Source of the DNA: Monocercomonoides exilis PA203 | Lineage: Eukaryota; Protista; Preaxostyla | Direction: 5' to 3' | DNA length: 64,000 nt | Assembly (NCBI GenBank): GCA_001643675.2 | Contig: LSRY02000007.1 | Location: 1 to 64,000 of the forward strand | Part shown: piece by piece, positions 11,321 to 23,100 of the stretch | Numbering within the stretch: the first letter of the stretch is position 1 | How the letters are laid out: every line of letters begins with the position of its first letter | Position numbers and translations under genes: made by a program | The notes under the pieces: generated by a model | The model's input: only the letters and a program-made list of their open reading frames with translations | Databases searched by the model: none | What the model was told of the DNA's origin: nothing

Positions 11321-12450
11321 ATCGACATAAATAAGCAACATAAAAAGGATTATATGAAAATATTCACCATGACAAACATTAAAAACTATATTTTATCTTG
11401 TTCGATTGAATTGATAAATTCATTCGAACTATGTCAAGCAAGAAATAGATATCTCTATAAAATATGAACAAAATAAAAAATTATGGGTGCTGAAATTTTT
11501 GAATTTCAGAGAGAAATGTTTTTGTCTAATTTCGAATTTTCCCTCCTTGAATCGCTTAGTTAAATTGTGAAGATTAACGCCATTTTATTCAAATTTTGAA
11601 AAAGTCCAAACTGAAAGTGATACAATTTACACCTATGCCAAATTCTTTTCGAAAAATCGGTCCATATAAAGTTTAAAAATAATTATTATCTATTAATTCG
11701 TTATGAATTGAGCGTTTAAAAACCCAAATTGCAAAAGGAGCGCATTTCGAATTATGCCTTAAAACCGTGAGAAAAATGAAGTCACAGTTTTAAAAAATTT
11801 TTTAAATTCAAATGAATTGCGCTTCCTGTTCGTTTGAATGTGTTCACACGTGCAATGTTATCCATCCATCAAGTGTCTTCAGATTTTCTTTTCATTAACT
11901 GAGTTTGTTTCTTGTTGAAAAACAGTAATAATTTTGAAATAAAGAAACACGCATTCATTCACAAACCACTTTTGTATAAGTTAAAATTGAAGTCGATTTT
12001 ATTCAATATGATATTTATTATGTTTTCATTTCGATTGTGTTATGGAGAAATTTGGATGAAACTTATTTGAAAACAAAACTTATAATGGGGTTGTGTCGGT
12101 TTATTCAAAATGTTGTTGACTTCATAAAAATACGTTAAATGAAATTACCAATGAATAAATCGAGAATTTGAAGGAAAGAAATAAAAATGAGCATTATACA
12201 AAAACTTTTAATTTATCGAGACTATTTTTATGATCCCATAAAAAATCACCCATATTAGTTTTTTCTTCGATTTGAAATTTATTGCATAAGATAGGTTTGC
12301 TTTGAATAGTTATTTCATATTATTTCTTATTCATTCGTTGATAAAGAAATGTTATTCTTTGAAAAGACATTTCAAACTATTTCACTGATCAATTTCAAAG
12401 TTATATAAACATTGATCAAAATAGTGTTTTGTTGAAGAGTGCTTTAAAGA

Positions 12451-14922
12451 ATGTTTTTGGGATTAATTCTTTTCAAAATCGTAATAAACATTTATGCGAA
12501 TGAAGATCCATCAAATCCTCAAACAGTTTACGTGAAGCAAAGCGGGAAAGATGAAAACAGCGGATTGGCAATCGATCAGGAAAAGCCATCATTGAACGGT
12601 GCATATAATCTGCTGGGCGATGGTAGCATATGCAGCATGAAAATAGTCTACGATACAGATCCGTTGACTGCAGAAGTCATTGTATTTAGCAATAAACAAA
12701 AAATTACAATTGAAGGATGGAAAAGTGATGGAAGTGGAAATGCTGAAGTGGCAATAGACTGTGACATTCATCCAGGATGTAATCTATTTAATTGCTGTTG
12801 TGATGCGGAAATAAAATTCTTGGCGTTTCACTTCCCAACAACGTTGAGAAATGAAAGCCAAGAGCGTGGATCATATGATTTGATACGAGATAATTATGCT
12901 TCGTTGTTAATAAGCAACTGCAGATTTATTCGGCCAGAAGGTGAAGGATGCTCCGGTGATATTTATCTTGTGAACGCATATGGAGGATCATTAACATTGG
13001 ACTCAGTTGAGTGCGCGGATGAATCTAAAACATTAACATCGGAGAATGAACTGTTTTTTGCAAACACATGTGAAACAGTGATATTGTCAAATTTAACATT
13101 AAAGAAAATTGAAACAGACGAGAATTATGTTATTCAGATCCCATGTTACAATAAATGTGATATCACATTGAATGGAAGCAGTTTTAAGGAATGCAAAGCA
13201 AATTATTTTGGAACCTTGGTTGTTTTTTTCTTCAACAGTGAATGCACGCTTTCAGTTGGAGATGGAGATGTTACCACTTTTTCATCTTGCAGTAGCAATA
13301 ATTATAAAGGATCCGGAGGAATATATCTGCAAATACCAGCTATTGAATCAACAAGCCAACTTAACTGGCCTGAAGACGGAACGAATCTGATATTTGACAG
13401 ATGCACAGCAGGAGAAGGCTTATCAAAAAGGAACATTGGAATATATTTGGAGATGGCAAATGACTCATTATTCGAAGAAATAGCAGATGCAATGAAGAAG
13501 AGTTTTGCAGCTAATTACACACGAAGAGATAACAAGTGGAATGTTGTTGGAATTGAAAATAATAATTACGAAGAATTTGATTTTATATCTAAGTATTTAG
13601 ATCCTTTGCTGCCTCCATCGCAAAATGTTTCAAAGATTTATGTTGAGTCCATAGGCAATGGGAATGGTGAAAGCTTGGAGAAACCAATTGACAGTTTGAA
13701 GGAGGCCAATGAATTGTTGGGAATGATCACAAGAGAAGACATATTTGGCATTTCAATATTAAAGTCGGATGATCCTATCCAAGCCGAAGAAATTACATTT
13801 AGCAAGAGCCGTGGAATAATCATTGAAGGAGTGAACAGCGACGGAAATGGAAATGTTGAAGTGGCTATCGATTGTGATGCCATAGCTTCAAGAGCTTTAT
13901 TCACGTGCGAAAAAGAGGTGGAATTCAAGTATTTGGCATTCAATTTCCCAACGTCAGAGAACAAATGGAATTTTTTGATTTTAGGAAATATGATGTCAAC
14001 CTCACTCACGATCAACAATTGCCGATTTGTTAGAGTTGCAGCCCAATTGCCAGAGAAAATGACGATAAATGCTGATGGGGATGATGTTGTTGTAGGCAAT
14101 CTTGTAAACGTTTGTGGGGGAAAAGTCGCTATGAACACTGTCACATGCACAGATAACAGTAATACAGTTTCGTTTTCTTCATCAACGTTTTATTTCAGCG
14201 GACCAAAAGAAGTGTCTTTGAATGGAGTGGAGATCAGCAATGTGAAATTTTCAAACAGTGCTGCAATTTTTATTACGGAACCATTAGACGAAGCTGTGAA
14301 AATTTCTATTGAGGGATTGAATATTCGTGAAGCCAATTCAAAGAAAGGAGATGCAGCTGGATTACGGATTGCTTTGTTCTCAGAAGAATCCACAGTGGCA
14401 ATTGGAAGAAACAACAAATGTTCATTCAAGTCATGTACAGCGCCAAAGGGGAAATCGGGTGCAATATTAATTGAAATTTCGAAGGCAACATCAAATCTGA
14501 AACTCCCTTCAGAACACAATCTGGAGATTGACAATTCAAACACTGCGAATTCAACAGCAAGATCAATATTCATCATCGCCCCAGATTTAGATGAGTTCTG
14601 CAAACAGGAAGGTGCATTCGAATTTGCGAATGATTACGATGATTCGACAGTTGGATGGATTGTGGGAGCAAAAGATGAAGAATCAGAACCAACTGATGTG
14701 TATGAGAAATATTTGAAGAAGACAGAAGATCTTTCTCCAGAAGATAAGAAACCAAATGCTGGAACTGTTGTTGCAATTGTCGTGCCGATAGTTGTTGTTG
14801 TTGTTGTCGCAGTTGTTGTGATTGTGGTTGTTATTGTGATTGTCAAGAAAAAGAAGGCCAAAAGCAACAAAGATGGAGACAACGAGGGAAGCAAAGAACA
14901 AGAAATGAGCACCCAGGAGTAG
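12451..14922 (+). CDS. Type I membrane/surface protein (823 aa) with two tandem ~370-aa domains, probably beta-helix-like
   Basis: Intronless ORF with an N-terminal signal peptide. Internal duplication: ITIEGWKSDGSGNAEVAIDCD vs IIIEGVNSDGNGNVEVAIDCD, and ISNCRFIR vs INNCRFVR. Val-rich TM followed by KKKK and a short tail. Confidence 0.9.
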   Translation: MFLGLILFKIVINIYANEDPSNPQTVYVKQSGKDENSGLAIDQEKPSLNGAYNLLGDGSICSMKIVYDTDPLTAEVIVFSNKQKITIEGWKSDGSGNAEVAIDCDIHPGCNLFNCCCDAEIKFLAFHFPTTLRNESQERGSYDLIRDNYASLLISNCRFIRPEGEGCSGDIYLVNAYGGSLTLDSVECADESKTLTSENELFFANTCETVILSNLTLKKIETDENYVIQIPCYNKCDITLNGSSFKECKANYFGTLVVFFFNSECTLSVGDGDVTTFSSCSSNNYKGSGGIYLQIPAIESTSQLNWPEDGTNLIFDRCTAGEGLSKRNIGIYLEMANDSLFEEIADAMKKSFAANYTRRDNKWNVVGIENNNYEEFDFISKYLDPLLPPSQNVSKIYVESIGNGNGESLEKPIDSLKEANELLGMITREDIFGISILKSDDPIQAEEITFSKSRGIIIEGVNSDGNGNVEVAIDCDAIASRALFTCEKEVEFKYLAFNFPTSENKWNFLILGNMMSTSLTINNCRFVRVAAQLPEKMTINADGDDVVVGNLVNVCGGKVAMNTVTCTDNSNTVSFSSSTFYFSGPKEVSLNGVEISNVKFSNSAAIFITEPLDEAVKISIEGLNIREANSKKGDAAGLRIALFSEESTVAIGRNNKCSFKSCTAPKGKSGAILIEISKATSNLKLPSEHNLEIDNSNTANSTARSIFIIAPDLDEFCKQEGAFEFANDYDDSTVGWIVGAKDEESEPTDVYEKYLKKTEDLSPEDKKPNAGTVVAIVVPIVVVVVVAVVVIVVVIVIVKKKKAKSNKDGDNEGSKEQEMSTQE

Positions 14923-15769
14923 AATTGAGATTTCCAATTCTTTCAGAGCAATTTAACATTTTTTGAGTTCAAAAAACATATATTTGTGAATATCGTAGTA
15001 TATTTCTAATCTTTTCTTCCTCATTAATCGCATTGAAAGTGTGATTATTTGTTGAAATGTAATTCGAAGATTTGTTTCATTTCACACACCAATTATAATT
15101 CACCATCAACATTTTTTCGTTCAATTCAGATGATTTTTTAATTATTAACATGCAATTTTAACTTTTCTGGTTTGAATCAATAACTTATAACAAGTAACAT
15201 CTTGTTATTAATAAACTTCATTTTTTTCGAACAAATTTTCAACAAATAATGTAACATTCAATTCAATGAACATTCCACTTTTTTGGAATTCATTACAAAA
15301 TAACCAACACTTTGATTAAATAACTTCAAGTTTTTGTTATGGATTCAATGATCATCAGAAATGAAAAACTGAATATTCCATTCACCGATTGAGAAATCCG
15401 TGAATGAATATTACATGTAGAATTTGAAATATTATTTCCTGTGTGACAACAAAAATTGGTGAGATGCAATATTTTTGATATTCTGCCTGATGATTTTTGT
15501 CAATTGGAAGATAGAAGAAATACACCAATTTCATCAATTACACAAAAAGACGTAATGTATGTAATTTTTATTGTTCTATTGATTGTGAAGATATTTCCAT
15601 CTATATCCTTTCGAAAGTGCAGGAATATGAGTTATTGTTGAAATGGCCAATCTCCGCTTTGGAGAGCAATGCGATGGGAATGGAGCTGATTATTGTTTGG
15701 CAATTAGGAAATAAATGAAGTTACGCAAGATATATGATTTTCATATTTTTGTTTGAAACTAGAAATGAA

Positions 15770-16790
15770 ATCAAATTCGATGAAAAGAACTTAATTGAAA
15801 GAAAACAGAATGGAATGATGTTATATATGAAATTCGAACAAAATTGCACAACAATATGGAAAATGGGATGAAGAACAGATAACAACGTTTCCAGCTTTTT
15901 GGAAAATCGAAGCTTTCGAGATTTAAATATTGAATCCAAATTGAAGAAGAAAAACGATGAAAGCAATGAAACTGGAGATCAACTTCATCAAAGAATGTGT
16001 ATTTTTAAACGTATGCTATTGAAAGGGAAGATCAGTATTTTTTGGAATCTTTGAAGCGAAACAAGGCAATTTCCTGTTCAGTTTTTGATTAGGAAATGGA
16101 AAAAGAGTTGTATTTGAGAGATAATTTTAAAAATAATTCGAAATTATCAAAAGCACAACAATCACATTCAACTTGCATATCACTAATTGCAGTGCAATTG
16201 ACTTTTCAAACACTTCCAGGTTTTAAAGTTTGACAAGAGCGATTGTGAATGAATTGCATTTCATGAGAGGGGCTGCAAAGGAAATAGAAGAGCTGACATA
16301 AGTAGTAGATAAACAAAGAGAGAAAAAAGAAGAAGAAATTGAAGAAGGGAAAGAAGTGATTGATCAACGAGATTGCTCGTAACGTTAGATTTTTTCCTTC
16401 ACTTCCACCAATCGAGGATTAAAGAATTTATTCTGCTTGTCAACAACATTGTAATGATGTTTAAAGCATCAAAGAATAACAGCAGAAAAAAAGTTACATT
16501 TAACCTGAACCTTTAGAAATGTTGCGAGAAGAAGCAGTGTGAAAATTGGCGAATTGCTGAAAAACAGAACTATTTGTGCTATTTAGGAGGAGATAAAGTC
16601 ACAAACATTGAAAGTAAATGATAAATGAAATATTTGGAAGTTTTTATCGATACTCAAAGACAATTTCGCGAAAAGATGCATAATGAAGCTGATGAAAGGG
16701 GAAATGAAAAATATGGAGTAAAGAAAGGTGGTTGAAAAGACGAAGGAAGAAAGAGGAAGATAGCATCATCGGATTGAGCTATTGAATGAG
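15770..16790 (+). pseudogene. Degraded copy of an expanded Lys/Glu-rich hypothetical family of the type seen in Monocercomonoides
   Basis: Fragments MEKELYL (16096), IVNELHFMRGAAKEIEELT* (16242-16301) and VKIGELLKNRTICAI*EEI (~16538-16594) resemble, from memory, that family's motifs in the expected order. They are broken by stops and frameshifts. Boundaries approximate. Confidence 0.6.
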
Positions 16791-17129
16791 TTGAGAATTC
16801 GGTATTTCTTCATAATTTGTTGCTCACTATTATATTTTATTCTCCGAAAACTTATCAATATTAACTTCCGGTTCGCTTTTTGTATTTTTTTCTTCATTTG
16901 TCTCAATGAAAGGTTCTTATTGTTAAATATTTGAACAGAGACAAGGACTCTTTCAAAGAAACTCAATATTTTAAAAATAACATGAAGAAAAGCAGATATT
17001 TATTCCATGATAGAGTCTATGAAATATGAATTGTTTTTAGAAAAGAAAAGAAAACATTTTTTAATTGGATATTCCAAAACACTATCAATGAGCAAAAGGT
17101 TTTTTGTTCTGCAAAACTGTCAAAAGCAT

Positions 17130-20100
17130 TCAATGATGGGCTGATGCAGTATGCTCCGCAATTAACCTTAAAAGAAATCCATATCTGTCAATATATGTAT
17201 ATTAAAAATCACATGAATTATAAAATTTCAAATTGATTATAATTTCGCTTATTTAAGATTTGATAAAAATCTTTTCAAACCTTGCTAAAGATAATGTTAG
17301 AGGCCTTCCTCGCTTTAGTCCAATGTCTTGTTCTCCGTTTTTATCCAGATAAAGTTCAAACCTACAAACATTATTTCAAAAAATCAAAATTGAAAAAGAT
17401 GAATATTGATAATCAAATATAAATATATGAAATACAAATATTGAAAAAAAGTGTTTTTTAAAGATGGAAATAAAAAAGCTCATACAATGGCAGTATTGTT
17501 ACGTAATGTAATGTGCCAATGATCGCGCAAAGATATCCAGATGCTAATGTTAGAATAATTCCTGAGCATGAAGAAGAATGAGCCACCTCTTCTGAAGAAA
17601 GAGATGTATTCCTAATTGTAAATAATAGATTTTTCTTGTTATTTGAATCCAAATTCAACTTTCGTTGATCATTGTTCTGAGAAAATAAATCATTAACTTG
17701 ATAATTTTCATTCACAACACATTGACAGCACTTACTGCAGCTGCACATCAACTTTCCACAGAGCATGCAAATGCTCATCAGCCCGCATAACTTACCACAA
17801 CAAGTACAATGGCATTGCTGCCCAAAAGAAATCAAACGAAGCAAAGATAACGGGAGTGAAACTAAACGTGGTAAAAGTAGATTTTGCGGTAAAAGATTAG
17901 GCCTGGTTAAGTGCAATGAATGCTCGGAATTGCAATGTTCTGTCAGTGGAATTTTTCTATCAAGTTTTCTTTTTGCAGATAACAAATCCTCTTTTCCATT
18001 GAACGATTCAGTTTGATAAACATAATCTCCTTGTAAATTATCCCTTGACAAATGACATCGCTTTCGTCGCATGTTGCAGCCATTACAAAGAAAAGATGAG
18101 AAAAATATGAGTAACTGCTGATCTGAAGGTGAAGAATAAACTGTCATCGCATCCAAATCTGATACATATAAAGATGTGACAAAATCGACCTGCCTGTTTA
18201 AAGAATGTACAGATGTTAGTTGCTCAGATGATGCTGAGGAGGAAGAAGTCGTTGAAGGATGAGGCAAAGAAGAAATAGAGGACGAGGGAGAAAAAGACGG
18301 AAAAGAAGTCATCAAAGATGAATTACACGATGAAGCAACAGAAGATTTTGAATGAACATTTTGGATATCAGGAGAATACAAAGGGGTTTTCATCAGCTTT
18401 TCAAATATGTTAAATGTCTCATCAAATGCAACAATGGAATCAGCCAATAGTTTTTCCTGTTCTAAGGGTTGAGCTGAAGAATCTTCTTCATCTTTCCGCA
18501 TTGCACAATCTAATTGATGACTTTCTGAGATAAATGATTCGGCTTGCTTCAGGCAAGAACTCCACTTATCTTCATTCTGTATTCCAAACAAAGCAGTAAA
18601 CAAAAGAGATGCACGACGGAGAAATATGTGACGTTGAATGCTTGCATTGCGAGGATCAAACCAGGGAGAAAGCAAAAAAGGTGAATGTGGATGGTGAACC
18701 ATCCAGACAAGCAGTTCATGTGTCAGTTCTTTTTCATTGTTGAGTTCATTCAAACTTATATCACTTGAGCTGCTTTCTTTCAAATGAACAGAATTCTCCA
18801 AATCCACTGATTCAGCACCTGCAGTCTCGTCCGTAGTTGTTTTTGATTTCGATTCAATAGAAGTGCAATAAAAAGGAAGGCAATTCAAAACATGTTGAAG
18901 ACATGTCACAAATTTGTATGGAGACAATGAATAAAGCTTCCAACTTGATTTATATTTGCGTTCACCTTGTTGAGAGGTTTTCTCATTTCCGTCAACAATT
19001 TCGCGAATCAAAAGCATCACAAGCAATGTTAAAGGATCGCTACCAACAAACGAACAGAGTTCTTTTGCTACAAATCCTGGTTTGTCTGACTTCAACAATC
19101 GCAACTTTGGCTCTTCACTTTCTGATTCGTAGTTTTGTTTCTGTTCAATTAACAATCTGTTCACCTCCATCCATGTCAATCCATTATGACGCCACATTAA
19201 AACCTTCTTCACAGCACTTTTAGCATTGGTCATTATCACAATCTCTGAGTCAATGCGTTTTTTGATCAGCTCCCATGTGGAAGATGAAATAGGATCACTT
19301 AGCAATTTTGTTTTGATGTTCTCTATTTGCGAATCTTTTGGTAATAATTCCTTCTTTGGTTGTTCTAAGACGTCTTTACTTACTGAATCAGGAAAAATTA
19401 TGTAGTTTGTAAGCATATCTGAGTAGCTAGGAGATGAATGAGATAAGTATGAGTCTGCATTCATATGGATAATAGCTTCGACTATCTGTTTGTTGTCCAA
19501 GCAGTCGCAAAGAACCCATAGTTTCTTTATATCCAATGGCTGGGTATGCTTTTGAGATGCAGCAAAAACAACAGCTGAGTCAAAAAGAGAAGCAATTGTT
19601 TGTTTCTGAGGAGGTGTGAGGTGAAACTGATGAGTGCACATTGGAGGAACAAAACACTCCTCCGAATCCCAAATAAAAGAAGAAAGAGCTTTTTCCTGAT
19701 GTTGGAATATTTCAGAGGATTTCAATTCGGAAAAATCTGCATCTTCATTATTAGTCTGTTGAAACCCTTGTTCCGCATTTGGAAACGTTTCATTAGCAAA
19801 ACTCTGGCATTGATTGCGTTGCAATTTGTTTCTTTTGCGTCTGCGACTTTGGAATGTTGAGTCCCAAACTTCTTGTCCAGGTAAAGGAAGAGGCCGAAGT
19901 CCGAATTCAATTGATGCCAATGTTGATACTAATGATTCAAGAATAGGATTAGAAACAGCATCTCTATTTGGCTGAATTGGATTTGGAATATTGTTTACAG
20001 AAGAATGCATAGAATTGAAATCAATAGCATCCGAAGTAATTGGATCTGTTGCAGTTAGCGATAAAGATGAAGATGATGATGAAGCCGATGCATAACTTCG

Positions 20101-23100
20101 CTGCAAATCACTCGATGTTTCTTTGCATTCATCTGTACTCATCTTCTCTTTCTCTTCCTGTTCTTCCTTTATTGATGCAGCTTCAATTGTATTTGCTTTT
20201 ATTGAATTGATTAATTCTTTTCTTCTCTTTTGCGCAGAAGCAATTTCATCCAAAAGCCAATGCTTCCAAATGCGAATGAAATAAATCATTTCGTCCAATG
20301 AAATAAACAAATCATAACTCAGGCAACTTTCCATAAATGCTATCCTTTTTCGCCTTTCTCTAATTATTTCTTTTTCTTTTTCTTCCCATTTCTCGATCAA
20401 ATCAAACGTTACCTGAAAATGCAATTCATTTTTTTCATTATTGTTTTGCTTCTCATTTTCTGTATCAGTCTGAGTTTGTTGTTTGGGATATAAATGAGAT
20501 AAATTGGAATTAGTTGTGTTTGTTAAGTTTTTCTCATTCTCTTCTGTCTTTTTTTCTTTTTCTTTTTCCGTTGATTCTTTTAATTCATCTGATTTTCCTT
20601 CAGAGCTCAGCTCGTTTTTGGAATTATTTTGAAACTTCATCTTCTCTGCAAAATAATTGGAATATTCCTGTTCTGTGCATAAATTTAATTCCTTAACGCT
20701 ACTTTTATTCAACTGAAATTCGGAAATTTTCTCGACAATAAGCATTGAGAGCCAGTAAAAAAAGAATTTTGCAGACTCCACGCCACAGGTTGTCATCATC
20801 TCTATTGTAGATGGGGGAGCAATACATCTTTCAATAAAGTTTTCTGGTTGAGGGAGTTTTAACACTGAAGCTTGTGCTTCTTGCGGATTTTCATGTTGTT
20901 GCATAGATAATACTTTCCTTTTTAGTAATTCGGTAATAAGCAAATCACTTTCCAGTATTTCAGGTAGTTCATCCGGCATCTTCTTATTCAAAAAACTGCT
21001 GAGACAAATGTGCTTTTTTTTCATGTCGAAAATTGTTGCAGTTTTCAAAATGTGGCAAAGTTTCAAGGCATAAGTGCAGTAAAATGATAGCTCATTAAGC
21101 ATCGATGCTCTTATCAGCGGATTTTGGAGCGAGTGAATCGGAATATCTGAAAGTGAAGTGAAAGACGAATAGAAGCAATTGCTTGGAATGTTAATTCGCA
21201 AACGATGGTTAGCCAAAAGTGAGCTTTGCGTTGGATGATCTTTTATGGGATGATCAATTTGCTCGATTGCTTCTTCTATTGTCTTCGCTTGTTGGCATTC
21301 CAAGTTTTCTGCTTTGCAAGTTTGTCGTAAACGCAGATTACGTTGTTGCTTGAGTTCTTCTATTCTTCTAATGATTGAATATTTTTTATTTTGTTTCTCA
21401 CTTTCTTGTGTTGCTCCATCAGAGAAATTCCATTCTTTTCTCTCTTCGGTTTCTTCACTCCTGTAGCCAATCTGAGTAGATTCCTGATCCAAACCGGAAA
21501 GCAAAGGAATAAATGTATTCCCAACGCAGTGACAAAGCGGACAATGGAACTGGTTTAACTGGGTAATAAGTCCCTCCGCTTCTTTTTGTTTCCCTCCCTC
21601 TCTCAAAATATGTGCGGCTAAGCAACGAAAATGAATCACATGTGTGCATGTCTGTGTAAAAAATGTGCATGAGACAATCGAAGGAGGAGAAGGTTCTGGC
21701 AAATAGCTAAGAATTTTATGGATGTTCCTCGAATAACTTGTCTGAAGGCTATTTGACAATGATTTGGATGTTTGAAACCTCTTATTAGGGGACATCTTTG
21801 AAAAGACCTGTTTATCGATATTTCCGAAGAGCCAACTTTTATCTTCAGTCTGTCTAGCATAAATCAATTTTGTCAAATGATTAAGCGGAATATTCAAAAT
21901 GGGATTCCACGTATACTCCTCCTCGTTGTATGACCATATCCGGATTAACTTTAATAAATTAAACAACTTCAAATAATTCATATTCGATAGAGAGAAATCT
22001 TGTGCTTCTTTCTTTGATTCTGTTGCTATTGTTGAAGCTTCATTTTCTGAAGAAAAATCGTATGTTGAGTAAACAGGAAGGAAAGGAAATGCACATTCTA
22101 ATATTGGTGACAGATCGGTGGAGGTGTATCGTATGTCCTCAATAACTAAGTCATCTCGCCCGCTGTTTCCCCACAAATCTGTCTTTGTCCCGAGGGCAAT
22201 TTGGTTCCATAAGGATACTTTCTCCTCTTGCAACGCTTGAGAATCCAAAAGAGAATGGAAAGAAGTCGAGAAAGAAGCAGAAGTTTGATTAGATAGTTTC
22301 TGAGATGATTGGCTCGATTCATCGCTGTTGAGCTCATATGACTGTTGTCCACATTCATCGCATCCAGACGTGTCCATCGCCAAATTCCATTCGTTCAGTT
22401 CTCTTCCCCACTTCTCCAATTTGAATAAATATTTCTCTATTTCGTTTCTTTTCGACAGCCTACGCATTTTCAGAGGTCCCTCAGGTGCACGGAACAAAGG
22501 CACACGTCTGTGATTTGCTATAAATGATGAATAGTTTTCTCGAGAAGAAGCAGATGAAAGCGGCTTTGATTGGTTTGGATTCTTTTCATCGTTTTCAGAA
22601 TTGTCAGTGAAGGGAAAATCAGAAGTTGTGGAGCTATCTGAATCTGGTGCATGCAATAAGCAATTAGAAGACGATGACTCTGTCGATTGTTCCTCTTTGA
22701 GCGCATCCTGTTCTTTCTCAACGTGTAATGAAAGCTTCATCGCAATATTTGTTGAAAGTGATTCGATTTTTTGCTCGTTATATATTTTCTTTTCGGCTTC
22801 GTTAACTTCATCTTCCTCGTCTTCGTCTTGTTTCTTCCAGAATAATGCTTTTTCGTATTTTTCTTCATCTTTTTCTGCTTTTCTGGACTCTTTTTCCCAG
22901 TCCCTTTTCTTTTTCGTTTTTTCTTTTTCTTGTATGTGCTTATCTTTTGCTTTTTTCTTTATTAAAAATTTTACCTTATTTTTCTTCATCTTCTTCTTCA
23001 TTTTATCCAGCATTTTGAAGTAACTCGATGCCCATTTGACGAATCGCTCCTCCTTCTTCACCGTCTGTATTCGATGCCTCTGTTCAGTAAACTTCGCTAA

